NCBI GenBank assembly: GCA_030141605.1 | Contig: JAQGDQ010000033.1 | Coordinates: 186,001 to 250,000, forward strand | Reading direction: 5' to 3' | Source: Tubiluchus corallicola | Taxonomy: Eukaryota > Animalia > Priapulida | DNA length: 64,000 bases | Part shown: one piece after another, positions 26,101-40,200 of the stretch | How the letters are laid out: every line of letters begins with the position of its first letter | Position numbering within the stretch: the first letter of the stretch is position 1 | The notes under the pieces: model-generated | Told to the model about the DNA's origin: nothing | Databases searched by the model: none | Seen by the model: the letters and a program-made list of their open reading frames with translations, nothing else | Position numbers and translations under genes: made by a program

Positions 26101-29100
26101 CGATATTTGGAGACACTTGACCCCAGCTACCATAAACAGTCTCTCTAATTATGCCGTTGGTTTGAGAGTCATCAGCAGAGGTCAGTGTGTAACCATGTGG
26201 AGCTCTCCACTTTGCTCCGAAATGTGAATCCTCATCGTATGCCTCTAATCTATACTGAAGTAACAAATGTAATCAATGAATCAATACAAGGCAATGTTTG
26301 AAGTGTTTGAAGACCAAAAAAATTTAAAGAAGTATTTGAGAGCAAAGGCTAGAAGAAGTTTTAGATTTAAATTACAAAGGTTATTTGCAACAACAACAGC
26401 AGCAGCAACAGCAAAAACAGCAATGATAACATTTTTCTTCTGTATCATTACCATAAAAATATTTATAATATTTATAATTTATAATTGTTATTATTAATAC
26501 TTGCTTTGAGAGGAAAAACATCTATATCTATTTTTCACACCTAATGCTATTCGTGACTATCTTTAGCCATAATTAACAGTTTACTAAACAGTAATTCCTA
26601 CTAAAAAAACAGAAATCACACAAAAATAATTTAATCAGCTATGAGGTAGTAGCTGAAAAGATAGTTCCTTCATAGACTACAGTGTATTTAATTAATAGAT
26701 ATAAACATTAAAGTAAGTGCTTGCTTACGACTGTCCAGGGCTTGTCTAAAAAATCACAAGTGACTTATACCAGCAGTAACTAATTAACATGAATCATGAG
26801 CAGTTATCATTAAGTACTACAGTAAGGCACACTGTTGACTTAGCAATTCCAGCAGTTCTACAAATTTTTAAAATGCTGCAGTAGCATTATTGCAGTTCAT
26901 CTGGTTTGAAAGTTTTGTTGTAATTAAATCATTTAAATTACTTGCATCCTATACAAATATACCTAGAATTTACAATAACTCCACTTTTTTATTTTTTGAG
27001 AACTTTCATTTTTATAAAAGACAATCATACGGAAGATGATTTCCTATTCTGTGTTTATATACATAAACATTTTATTATGCAACTTACTTCAAAATATGTA
27101 GGCTTTGCTAAATGTAAAATCATTTCTCCATTTACAAAGGAGGGCAGCTGCATAACATCATTTGTTCTTAACGAAGGCATTGCCGGTGTTGTTATGCTCA
27201 AAACTGTCCAACCACCACCTACAAATATAGTATGAGATGGTAATCAGCATGACTCATTAAGAGCAGCTGTTAATGTGTGCCACACAAATGAGTGATCTAT
27301 GCTACTGAAGAGGTACGCGAAAAAATGTTACTGTGACCACTTCAGTGGTCATCTAATTAGGTGACATATTATCAGTGTTATAGTTAGTCTGCATATAAGA
27401 GGCAAGATCTTGTAGTAAATTAGCATTGTACTGCAAAATTCCTTTGAAAAAACTTTGGAATTGTATGAAAGTTCAAGACCTTGATTTTCTTAATATGACA
27501 CGCCGATGGAAAAGGTGCTTATGAAAGTCGTTTCTTTCATAACTATCCAATATTGATGTCAAAATCTTTTTTGTTTTTTTCTTCAATTTAATTGATTAAA
27601 TGTACAATCGAAGAAGGGATACGAAAAAGCAACCAAGTAGTGGAAGTCATCATTTGCGAGATGATACTGAAAAAAATTGTAAGAAATTAAGCTGATAAGA
27701 AAAGGCATCAGTGTTACTTTGAAAAAAAAGGCAGGCATCATAAGCAACTCAGGCAGTAATCCAAAACTGCCACTTAATCTTGGCAACACAGAACATCTGA
27801 TTTTTTTCCCTGACTGCACCAGTAACACACTGCCTGTTTACCTTTCTGTAAATGACAATATACTGTGCATTATTAATTAAGGTAAGAAAATCAGCTGTAT
27901 TATTAAAGATAACAAAGTGGCTTAAATAATAATGTCATAAGAATGACAAGTGGCAGCGTCATTAATGCTGATAAACATCTAATCTAGTTAACCTAATTTG
28001 AAACCCATGGGTACAATTACTGCAACAGTAAGTGAAATTATTCAATATGTGTCATGGAACAAAGATAATACATAACAAAATTACTGAACGCACCTTCCTG
28101 TGCCAGATCACAGATAAAATATGTGTCAGTTACATTAGAGTGAAAGACTGGTTGATCCAAAATTGTTGGCACTGGTACTTTTCTATACTGAAACTAAAAT
28201 GAGTTAAGTGACTTATGTTACAAAACAGTAGCAGATAAAGAGCTGGTACTCACTCTGTTGTTAGTTCATTCACCTAGGAGTGCTTAGGCCTTATTGTGTG
28301 CTTGGAAAACATACTTAAATTTGTAAAGAAAAAATAGCTCTCCTTTTATTCTTATGATCAAATACTTGTATCAAAACGAAAATGAATAAAAACTGGCAAT
28401 AATAATTCAGAAAAGAAAAAAATATGATAGCAAGCATACGAAAAGTGCTGATTTCAAATATTTCTTATTCGGTCGTAATTTCAGAGTTAGCCTTGATTAG
28501 AGAAATCATATTAATTAATTACAAAAAACTAAATGTAAACAACATAACTACATACCAATGTTGTTATTTCATGACATGACACAGCTTCACAAGAAACAAA
28601 TGAACATCCTTCATCAGCAAACATGGAACCACTACAATGCAAATCTGCTCTCAATCTGGATGGTAGAGCAGTTGGAGTGCTGCAATAGCGAACCTTTGTT
28701 ATAGGAACCCTACCCTCGCAAGAGCATTCTTCGAAGGGTTGATGAAGATCAAACCACTTTGTCCATAAGCCTTTCCTATCAGCTGAAATTTCAATACACT
28801 CATTTAACTTTTTACAATTGACAAAAAAAATACTAAATACTGCCTTATTAATTTTGTTAAAAAGTTAAAAAGGACATTGCTTTTCTGTTTAACTATTGGC
28901 TTGCTCGCAAATTGTGCTATAGTAATTTGCTTCTTCAAGAATATTTAACTATATAAGTCAAATAGTTTTTAGCCCTAAAAACAAAGATATTTGCTATGTT
29001 GATGAGATAACCTGTATGTCCTTGGAAGTGGCATCAAGAGGCTGAGCAGCTAGTCTTGCTTTCTCCCTACTTCACTTCCTACTTCCTACTTCATAAAAGA

Positions 29101-31866
29101 TTTTCAATGACACATTTTCTAGACTTATATAAAGCAATTTGATAAAAAAGATTTTTACATGTCTCCCAAAAATTTGGAGGAGAGAAGTAATAACACATTG
29201 AGGATCCCAGGTTATCTATTTGTTACAGAATGGTTTGCTAAACTAACTGCTAACTCAAACAAAGTTCCATTATTTTTCATCTCAAATGCATATGAAATTG
29301 CTAACAGAACAGTGAAAAACAAATCAAGTAACTACTGATCCTTATTAATGTAACACTAGCAAAGGCCCCGCAAAAAATTTTGCATATAAATACACTTATA
29401 CTCAAAAATACACGAACGTCCTACATAGTCCTCATTCATAATGCAAAGCCAATAGCAGCTTTTACTGAATTAAAGTTACAAGGTTATAAGCAGAGTATAA
29501 TGGATGATGTCAGAACACTGGCTTTGTGTCAGCAGTTTTCCAAGCAAAAATTGCCAAATTTGGAACATTTAATTAACTCCTCGCTACTCCTCTTGGTAGA
29601 TGTGTCCTAAAATATAGCCTACATTATCGTGTAGCTCTGTTCTTCCTCTTTCTAAAGACCCGCATATCTCCTTCCAAGAGTCACACTAAGCGCTGCTAGA
29701 ACGCTTTTCCGCATGCTGTTTGGTCAAAATTTCGAAAAAATCGCGAGCTGGGTCCGGGAAAGTTGCGGGACGCCGTGGCTCTCTCGCAAATTCTAAATAC
29801 GCCTACTACACCCACCACTGAATGGGCTATCTATTCATGGCTGGCACTGCCCCCGACCCATTCCCGTTCTCCAGAAATCAGAGGTATAAGTTTTGCAAAA
29901 AAACGGCCGAAAAATGGCCAGTTTGGAGGTTTTTCGCCCCCCATTCCTCCCGATGGGCCCGATTCGAAAAATAAACCCCAATGGCACGACACTAGATCGC
30001 GACCTTTCGTTTGATGTATAGATCGGCGCAAATGGTGCCACCGTCGAAGCTGCAGCCTCGAATCTTATATATATATATATATATATATATACCAGCGAAA
30101 TTAATATATACGATAACAGAATTAATATAATTCAATATAAGAAAGTGGATTACTTGGTTTACAGCTACCATCTGGCAGAGGAGTTCCATGACAATCAATA
30201 TACCGCACTTCGCCTGGGTGACAGTCCGTATTACCATTAGTGAAAAATACTTTACTGTATTGATGTTCAGTTATTTCAGTGAATACACAGAAAGTACTGG
30301 CATACTTTTCTAAATCCACGCATATTTTGGAAACATCTGCACTTTGAAAACACAAGTTGCGCCATTCAGCTGAAAACAGTAAAAACGGACTGAAAGCAGC
30401 AATTCAAACTGTGACATGATAATGCAGTATAACGCAACGTAATGCTTGTGCAATCTGGAATGATATTTTGGTGTAAAGTTTGAAATATTTAGTAGAAGTT
30501 AGCAGGAAGTACTACTAGCGATGTTGTTTTAACTGTCATTACATCTTTTCCAGTGTGCAGAACAGTATTAACATTTCAGAAACATTTAACGAACAACACA
30601 ACATTATATTCCAAGTTTATGTTATATATGTAATCTCATTAATAGCGCTCTTTCTGTGCTGAGGGTTTGAATATCGTCCACAAATTTGTAAAATTAAAAT
30701 CCAATGATGATCTAACTAATGTATATATATGACTAATAAATTACAAATAAACAAACGATCATCAAAAAAACATTGAAACATAGATATACAAGGACAGACT
30801 GAATAGTTTCACTCCCTTCACAGTATCAAGAAACTTCGTGTACACTGAACATTCATAAATTCATCATAGAGTCATGTGCACTCAATTTGAACAAATCTGT
30901 CTAACTAGCTTAAAACCATCCTGACCCTAACAGTTTATTATAAACTACCTCAAACTATATCAATCTAAATGTATTGCATCAAAGACATCCACTCCTCAAT
31001 AAAGTTTTGGATTCATTCAAGATTTATTGAAGATTTAACAAGTTAGTGTGCTGAAAAAATAAAAAAGCAACGAAAAGCATTAAAAAGAATAATATTTATT
31101 GATGCCAACAGTAAATTCTAAGACAAATACTCAAACAGAAAATAAAATTTGAATAGAAAAGCTAAAATTCTTATCTGTTGTTTTTATCTACTAACCTGAC
31201 AGATCGAGTCGATACTGCAATACACCTTTATAACCCCCTTCATATAGTCTCTGTAATAAAGTGCCATCATCTAACAAAAAGAAATTAAACGACATTATTA
31301 TCTCATAGAATCTGATCCTTATTTCCTATTTAAGACCTTACATTTTTTAACACTAACCACAGAAATTTGAGAATTTTAAGTTACGTTCATTTCCAGTCCA
31401 ATAACAATTATGCATGTGAGTAGAAAGGACTACATTAGTTCTGCGATGTATGAATTTTGTTTCCTTCTCTTTGAATTTGGTTGTCATCGGATTACACCAC
31501 GCGTGTCTGATAAACTTATAATAGGTAACAATAAATATACCAATATAATGTAGCATATCATAAAACCTACCAATATCTTTTGTGGATTGTTCCAAACTAG
31601 TTAAGCGGATGGCATTTTTAGCTCCAGCCTTATAAAAACCATCTACTTGTTCCTTGGTAAATATCAAGCTTCCATGTGAGTTCAACACGCACAATAATAG
31701 TATCGGTACAATAATTATTAAGAAATCCTAAAAGAAATAAAGTTTAATTTCATTTTTAGTAAGAGCTAAATGTAAAAAAAAATTGGAATAACTTTTTTTA
31801 GTCTTTCCATTCTATTTGACTTTATCGAGTACCAACCACTTGACAAAATGATAACCTTTTTAACAT
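15014..31866 (-). CDS. Adhesion-type (class B2-like) GPCR: signal peptide, Cys-rich region, TSP1, fibrinogen-like, ILEI/GG-lectin-like, Thr-rich stalk, 7TM; about 1260 aa; no GAIN/GPS seen
   Basis: Exon chain: 31866-31837 (tentative ATG exon), 31727-31385, 31270-31196, 30369-30154, 28782-28556, 28187-28094, 27218-27088, 26254-26058, 25539-25403, 24961-24825, 24573-24366, 23287-23138, 22957-22322, 20874(or 20847)-20689, 20116-19972, 19779-19644, 18989-18766, 18354-18291, 16803-16715, 16116-15990, 15247-15014. Phases are consistent throughout. 7TM motifs: KNLSFTLLVAQITFLAG, CVVTAVLLHYFFLAVISW, IGWGFPLIIV, FIGP, VPLIFFTW, LQG. The start exon and the 31727-31385 exon are the least certain. Confidence 0.85.
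21235..22234. mobile_element. Non-autonomous Tc1/mariner(pogo)-type MITE, copy 1
   Basis: Terminal inverted repeats (TIRs) CAGTAGGCACCGCTTAATAGACTCAC and GTGAGTCTATTAAGCGGTTCCTACTG, TA on both flanks, no transposase ORF. Confidence 0.9.
29355..30091 (-). mobile_element. Possible non-autonomous Helitron-like element
   Basis: A CpG-rich island (29650-30060) in an AT-rich intron. On the minus strand it starts at a (TA)n tract and ends ...GCGGGGCCTTTGCTAG|T. The canonical 5' TC and a clear hairpin are not evident. Confidence 0.4.
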
Positions 31867-32479
31867 GGTCTCATCTAGTTTCTTTAAATTGATAGATATT
31901 ACAAGCACACAGAAGTTAACTCTCTTTACGTGATCATTACAAAGTTCAATGCCGAGATGCAAATGGTTAATTCAATAACATGTATACATGTACATATAAA
32001 CATACCAACATACATTTTGCAAAAAATGTGTTTCAAGTGTCCTTGTATTTGTTAAAAACGCTCTTAAATATTCTCCATTTTACACTCATCACACATTTTA
32101 CATTAGAAACAGTTCTTCATTACAAGTTTTATAAGATCTTTAGAAATGTGATAAAATCTTTTCTTGTTATGAAATCAGACAAGTAAAAGCAAAATAGGCT
32201 TAAAAAAGTTATTCAGTCAGCCATACCATTTGCTATCACAAAATCACTTAATATTTGGTTTCACAGAAAAATACGAAAGATCAGCATCAGAAGTGACTAG
32301 CAAGAACTTTTAGCCAAGTTTGAAGTTTTGTACTAAACCTATGTTCAAATATTCGTGACACTTTGCTCACAACACCACAAAATGCTAACTTATAAAAAAT
32401 CATATGTAAACTTGTTTTTGACATGCATTCAGAAAAACTTCCAAACATCAAAACTACTATATATTGACAACAAGAAAAA

Positions 32480-32580
32480 ACTGTGCAGACGCCATGACGT
32501 CATTCTACCGGTGAATGCGTAATAACTGCAGACCCGTCATTAAATTAATGGTCACCGCACGGTTAGGTGCCACTTTGGAA
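32480..32580. promoter_or_regulatory. Candidate bidirectional promoter core with a perfect CRE palindrome (ATGACGTCAT, 32494-32503)
   Basis: A small CpG-containing patch between the two divergent start codons (~31866 on minus, 34211 on plus). Strong plus-strand donors (GTAAGT) at about 32921 and 33379 suggest 5'-UTR exons just downstream. Confidence 0.35.
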
Positions 32581-33512
32581 CAACATTACTGAGCAATATA
32601 TTATATTGATGAAATAATTAATAGTTAATTATTCATGTCGACTGCTGTGCTGGAAAGTGAAATGCCAGAAACGTGGTAGTAAGTCTTTAACACACCTGAC
32701 TGATTCAATCACTATACACCTGAGCACGAAGTACACAACATTTGATGATGCACCCTGCAGTTGCAGGCAAGTTTACAATAAAAAAATGCAATACAGGAGT
32801 AATTTAGTTGAGCAAGTCATGAAAATCTCTAGAGAACAAGAGATAAGAAATTATTCGTGCATTCATAAAACATTCATACTGCTTACAAAAGTTCGGCTTT
32901 TGTGTAACCTTGCACTTAAGGTAAGTTAAGCAATACACGCCTTTCACCATCCTTTTTTCTTATTGATTTAATAACTCTGCAGCAATAATTGTTGATATCT
33001 GTGCATATGGAAATAAAAATATTTTGAAATGAAATGAACACTGGCACTTGATTAAAAATCTTTTTTTCTAAAGCTTTATGTAGAAAATACCAAATTTGAA
33101 CATTATTATAATGGCTCATGCATGTGGCTGAAATATTGCATTTACGCTAGTTTCTGTAAGATTATAATCATACTATTGGTAGACAGCCATTCTTAAGAGT
33201 GTAATACACTATTGTAGCATAATACAAGAAATGTGATAACATCTTTTGCCAAAAAGAGGCGCTATAATATGCTACTTCTTTAACAAGCTGGTGAAACAGT
33301 CTTGTAAGTTGAAACAATGAATTTGTATCATAATAAGTTGTTTCTCTTCATACCATTAATAAAGTCAATCAGAAGAAGGTAAGTCTTCATAGTTCATACT
33401 ACATATTAAAATTATAATGAGATGAAAATACCTCAGTGACTGAATTGTTTTTTATCTTTTTTAAGTATTAATAATCTACCTTTTATTCATAGGCCACTGA
33501 GATGGTGAAATA

Positions 33513-33515
<3 letters not shown>

Positions 33516-33573
<58 letters not shown>
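33516..33573. repeat. (TA)n microsatellite
   Basis: Pure TA run. Shorter TA runs occur at about 14617-14634, 16881-16906 and 30066-30091. Confidence 0.95.
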
Positions 33574-33576
<3 letters not shown>

Positions 33577-34210
33577 AAACTGAATGAATTTGAAAGCTAT
33601 GAATACACTGGCTTTTCTAATTCGTTTCTAGAAATTTCAGAATGCCATAACAGCAGTGGCAGTACTGGTTGTTAAGCAGCGTGCAGTCACACAAACACAC
33701 TCAATCAATCTGAAAATGAAAGAGAAAAGGTATGCCAAGGAAGTGCATTCATTAATTGCTGTTGCAGGAAGTGAAACAGGTCAATATGTTACAGGTATAC
33801 ACAAAAAGCACGAAATCAGGCAATAACTTGAAAGCAAAAGCAAATGCTATTGTTCACAGTAGTTCCATTGTTCAAAAGCAAATGCTATTAGCAACCATAC
33901 AAAGTTTCAATTTCTTCCGTTTTGTCAACTATTACACTTTTTGGTCAATGAAGCCGCCAATCTTTTGTTGCATAGTAACTCGTTCATTACAAAGCTATGT
34001 TTTAGCTATTTAGTACTAAGTACAATGCATTTTTGCTGTTTGAGTTAAAAAGCAAAGAAACTTTTCAACAATAATCTCCATTAATATTTCAGTAGATTAA
34101 CACGTCAAAATTGCACTATATTCTTCGAGAGTGAACAAGCAACTGACATTTTCTCGTAAACACTATCAGCTACCAAAGAATTACAGAGTTTTTCAAGAGA
34201 CAAGAAAATC

Positions 34211-37200
34211 ATGGTAAGGTAAATTACAACTTTTGAATCCATATCTTGTACCTTGCACAAATATTAATTAACCTTCTTATCACTCAGCAACTTTCATTCT
34301 CACTTCACTGTGCTGCATTGAACATAAGTGCCAATTTTAGAAAAGTGTTTTTTGTGTTTTGCAATCTCTAGAGTTTATATTAAAAAATGCTATAATGTGA
34401 TGAATTTAAATGATACAAAAACATAAGTGCTTGTGATGCAGCTAAAAAACTATGTTCGCATTGCCTGTAAGACGCCAAAATGGAAAAACACCATTGCTGC
34501 TTAAACTCAGGTTATTAACTTTAATAAAACGCTGAACAATATTAAAAAGATAAAAGTTGCGTGCTTCCATAAAAATATCAATTTTTGCATAATAAAACAA
34601 AAAGGTGCATCTTATTTATTATAGATTTATGCTTACCCTGTTTATAACAGTCATAAGAATATCACAAACACATTTGTCAGGAATTGGAGGCACATACAGA
34701 ATTTCAAAGTTTTACTACTGAATTTCTTCAATGAAAAAAATCTATTTAAATGTATTTAAGGCATTCTAAAAGTACTTAAACGATCACAGTATGGCTTAAT
34801 AAGTAATTCTGATGATAATTTGTTTTTGCAGGTAACCTGCGAATATCCATTCTGTGTTGTCTTAGTATGTGCCGGCTTATTTGCAACAACTAATTCCTGG
34901 TCAGGTAGGTTATCAGAAAACTTATTAATTTAGCGAAACATAACACAGTCCAATGAAAAACAATGCTTAACATTTGTTTGTTCACATTCATTCCTGTCTG
35001 CACAAAGTTTTGTAATTCATGCTTTGTTATAAATTTCTACAACCTATTCTCAACCTATTGCAAAACAATATGCTAAACAACGTAAACAATGCATGTGTTT
35101 TATACAGATATTGAAGACGAGGCTATAGATGTACCAATAACATTCCTGACATATGACGAACAAATTACCTTATTAAAGGTAAAATTACATACTTTCATAC
35201 ACAGTGTTGTTAAAGTATTTCTCAAAAGGTATAGAACTGATAGGCATTTACATGTTTTACCTGCTATTTAATTCACAACACAAAGCAAAGTAATTTTACT
35301 GAGCGAAAATCAGAGGACAAAATGTACTCAGCCAGGGCTGGATTACTGCAAGGGCTGGATTAGGCCAAGTAGGCCCGAGCCAAAGACCCCATGCCCACAG
35401 GCCTAACAGGCCACTGCATAGCCCCTTACAACTAATATTCCCTACTTTTTCAACAGTTATATCACAGTGAGAAAACAGCAAAAATGAAGAATTTTTTTTG
35501 AATAGCACTGGTAACGTAAAAGAGTAATTTGAAAAAAAAACAGGAAACATGGAATACCTTGTCTAACTTGGATTTGAACTAGAAACTTTTAAGCTTATAG
35601 GTACTACCAGTATTTCTTAGTTCACATTTGCTTTTCTCCACCAGACATTAAGTGACTCAAATTTAATAACTGGTCGTAACGAGTTAATTCTATCAATGAT
35701 AACCTTTAAGTTAATATTATATTACTTACAAATTACAACGTATTTTTCTATGAGTACTTATGAACAGTAATGTGATCGAATTTATTGCAGAGGTGCCATT
35801 AAAAAAACCTTTTTACCAAATAAGCACTTTATATGTGTTTAGCAGACATTTCTAGTTAAATTATGGTCCCGACAAAACAACCAAATCGAAAGCTAGTGGA
35901 ATTGGTGAAAACCTCTGATGTAATTAATCACTAAATACATGTACATCTACAGGAAGCTTAAACTAAATACTCATGATACCATCTATTCAGATTATTCAGA
36001 AATATTAAAATTCATGATTAAAGCTTCTAAAAAATTCTAAAAAACAGAAAATAAATGTCTTTCAGGCCTACACTCCTGGACGGTATTGGGAGAAATTTGT
36101 ACTCAGCTATTTTTACAAAATTAGAGAAAAGTAATAAATAAACAAATATACTTGATTATTTGAAAGGCATAATGTAACATCAGTATCTAACTTTCGCAAC
36201 AGATAAAATTCAACATTTTCAAATTCTTGTTAATAGGAAAACTCGTTTATATGCATTTCTGACAGCACCTTTGGAAAACCAAGAACTAAAAGTTTTAGAA
36301 ACATATGAAGCCCAAATTCAATAAAGTACATTAAATTTGATCTTTAAGCCAAGGAATCAATGTATTTATTATTAGTAAATCGTTGCAAAGTTAACTGCTG
36401 ATCTCGGACATTAACATGAACATTTGCCATTTGCTAGATTTATGCAGGAAGTGGCTATGACATTTTCAAACTATGGAACAACAATATAGCACTTAATGGA
36501 GACAGCGAATTAGGACTTAAAGGAAATCTATACAAATCAGAGTTGGCTAACATTTGGAATGACATCGACGAGGTATAAAAGAAAAAATAAGATGAAGAGT
36601 TTTCATATAGCTTGGAATAGTAATGTGACTGACTTGTTAATCTTTTTCAACCACCAGTGCAAAAGAAAGATATACATGTGTATAGAGTTCTAGCTTATGA
36701 AGACATGGGCAATTATTATTTATTGCACACATATAGTTCTATAATGCACCAAAAATGGCTTCTTTATAAGAATATCACAACACTGAGTAATTATTTGACA
36801 TGTCTGCGGAACTACTTCACCAAGAACTTCTCTGTGACAACTGGTGGCAGAGAATAATGTACTAAGTCTGCATTTCTGGAAAAATATACTATGCTTCCGT
36901 AGTTCCCTTGAGTAATTCATAGTTTTTACAACCTTTGCTGCAAACTTAGTCAAGTTATTGTTCCAACAACCTTCAAGTGACAGAAAGTAAAACAATTGTC
37001 ATTGTACAGTGTAACAGTTGGTACTACTACCATATTGGTAATATCAAAAAACTATATTTTTTTAGAGAGACCCGCTACTACACGCAACGTTTTCACTTAC
37101 AGGTCATGCTGACAGTTTACAGCGAAGCAGGGACTGTTTTGCTCAAGGTTATTTTTGATGCATGGGGAGAAGACAAAACGTCTTGGTTTTCTGAACAGCA

Positions 37201-40200
37201 CGTAAGGAAAGTGGAAGTTCAGACATTCGAAGAAAATATTTCCAAGCTAGATAAAGTAGAAAAATTAAAAGATACAGCATTTTCTATGCAGGGGTAAGTG
37301 ACTAAGTGCTGTGTTCCTGGAAAAGTTGGCTGGTTTCACATACGAAATGGTTACAATTTTTTTTGGAAAGTATGAGTTTTACATATAAGTACTTTGATTG
37401 GCCCTTTGTGGTACAATTCTCATACAAAAAAATCATTTACATTTTTGGTTGCGATTATGAATGAACGATCTGAATAAATAAATATCTCAAATTCTGTTTC
37501 TTTTTTGTACAATTTATATACTGATTGTAATCAATATCCATGTGACAAAAAATTCTTTTCGTGTGAAGCAGTTTATCTTACCCTGTTCGATATTAGGTTC
37601 GCCAAAACTTAAAAAGGGTTGTAAATTGTAGTGAACTCACAACCATGTGCATGCTATCAGCACAAATGAAATTAAAATCCTAGTCTACAAAATCTTATAG
37701 AATAATTAAACCAGTCTTTTGCACCAGAAGATACAGTGCAAAAATTCCATATTCCAAAAGTCCTTTTCAATACAGTTGGAAGTTGAAGCTTATCTGCTGT
37801 CAGATGAACTGCTTTTAGGTTTTAATACCTTTATTGCATAATCCAGGCAAACATCTAACAGAAATTTCGTCATAGCCACAAAAGAAGATGGATGTTTTGT
37901 TTCGGGGAAGAGTTTTGCATTTGTAGTATCACAAGCACCTACCGGTCATACATGTGAATGGGAACAACCTTATAATTCTGCATATCCAAGTTTCCACCTT
38001 TTGGCAGCTATTGAAGATGAACAAGAAGCTGGTAATATGAATGGTAGTGCAAGTAAGTAAAACTAAAACTTTATTTGTTGTTCATTACAGCATGTTCTGT
38101 TCAATGATGAACTAATTACATGTTAACAACATTCTATACTGTCAACAAATTATTTGCATTATTTTTACCAACTATTTATACATTTTTCTAATACAGAAAA
38201 GCAAAATAAGAAGTATTTAAAAATAATATGTAATCATCACCTGAAGTTACTTTTTCATCAAGAAATAATTTGTAAAGTTAGATTGAGCATATAATGTACA
38301 AAAAATTATTTGCACATTGATATACACAGGTTTTAAGCTGAATGTGTTATTATCTTTGTCACTATCAGACAAAAATTGAGTTGTTGCCTTCCAAGTGCAA
38401 CTATAAAAAGTAAAGAGAAGTCGTAGGCTGTAAGATTCACATGTAAATATGTCTTAATTAAATAAAAGAAATGAACCATTAATAATTGTTGTTACAACAC
38501 AAAATTTGCACAATAGGCATATGAAAGTTTTTACTATCAGAAGTGTTTATAACAATGAAAAGGAATGGATAAAAAGCGACAAAATCAAGAGACAGCATTT
38601 AATTTCGAGTGAAGAACATCTATTTTAATATCTAATACTGCCACTATTTGCAGCTTTATGGGATATAATGTTGACAAAGTACAAATCACATTAGTTTCTT
38701 AATGGGAATAGTGTCATGTTAAACTCATTTCTTGAAAAACTTTGTTGACTTTTTTATTTCTGGCAATAAAAAGTGAAAAGAACTCTAAAAAACTGATTAA
38801 ATAAAAGTAATATAAGGATTAAATGGCAAATAAGTTGATACCTACTTGTAATAACTTTTAAGGGCTATCATTTCCTAACACAGGGCTATCATTTCCTAAC
38901 ACCCTGCAAATGCTAAACAGTTGATTTCTTTGCAGCTAACTATTTACAAGGGTATCTCCTGGAAATTTCTGCAAGACGACAATTAGGTAAGAAACTAAAC
39001 TATGTATTTTACAAGGCACCAGCTTAAATATCTTAAAAATTACAAAGCTTACTATCAAGGTCAAGGAAGACTTTTTAGCTCAGCAACTAGAATCATTATT
39101 TTAATAATTTGAAACAGAATGCACGGCCTGCGTAATGAATAAAGTCAATAATTCTTGCAAAAAGCAAGTTGAATCTACGCAAATCTCTTGCCACAAAAAA
39201 CATAATAGATGAAAGAGTGTAGCACAGAAAGTAAACAATTTGTATTACCTGTCCTATAACTAGTAGTCCAAATTATCATTAAACCATTTGGCACCTGTTA
39301 GACAACAAAAAATGAATGTCAAATAATTTATTAATCATTTAATGATAATCATATATGACCAAGGCCCTTACTTATAGATGTTTTGTTTTGACAGTTAGAG
39401 CAACAACAGACATTCTTGAGATAATGCCAATAACGGACATTACAGCAAAATACCACAACAGATTTTTGGCGCAGGTTACAGGTAAAGAGACAATTCTATA
39501 TGGCACAGATGCAAAACAGATTAAGTGGAGTACTTCTACTGCATACTTTCCAGAGAACAAACTTATTGAACCAAAAGGCTTATATGAACAGTATATTCAG
39601 TTTGACTTGTGGACACTAACAGAGGTAAGTGTGCAAATAATATAAGCATCTTTTGCCAAGTGTGTAAAAATTGTAGTTTACAAACAACAGTTGAAATACA
39701 AAATACAAAAAAATCTTCAAAAAACACTGATAAACTTTAAACTAATAAATGAAAAGATTGTATATCCTCTTTTTACTGCCATGCCAGCTTTAGTCAGTAT
39801 TCCGTAATCGAAGTGCAGTTTGCTACTGCAGTACGTCTATAAACATAAATGTGTTTTAAATGCAAAATATTTTTCGGTGCTTTGCAATTTAATAGAAATG
39901 CATTGAAAAATTACACTAATTATTAATAATGATCCTTGCCACATTTACAGTGCAAATAAAAATAACTCACATCAATTATCACTTTCTATCAATACTATTT
40001 GCTGCCTGGCATGACCAATTGTTGATTTGACAACACGCTAACTAATTACATATAATAATAATTTCAACTGATACTATTATAAACTTGCTGTTGCTGAGAT
40101 TTTCAAGTAGCACTATCGTAGTTTAAATGATTCATGTTGCTACTTAAGGTGCTTCCAAATACTCTTTTCTATAAAACAGAAAAGTGGAAATAATAATTGA

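Noticed and set aside
35330-35430. GC-rich patch beginning CAGGGCTGGATT, resembling a hAT-type MITE end
   Set aside because: No convincing second TIR or 8-bp TSD was found.
36066-36130. Exon-like segment AYTPGRYWEKFVLSYFYKIRE
   Set aside because: It ends in phase 2, which breaks the frame with the next exon. The direct 35178-36438 splice keeps the domain motif intact.
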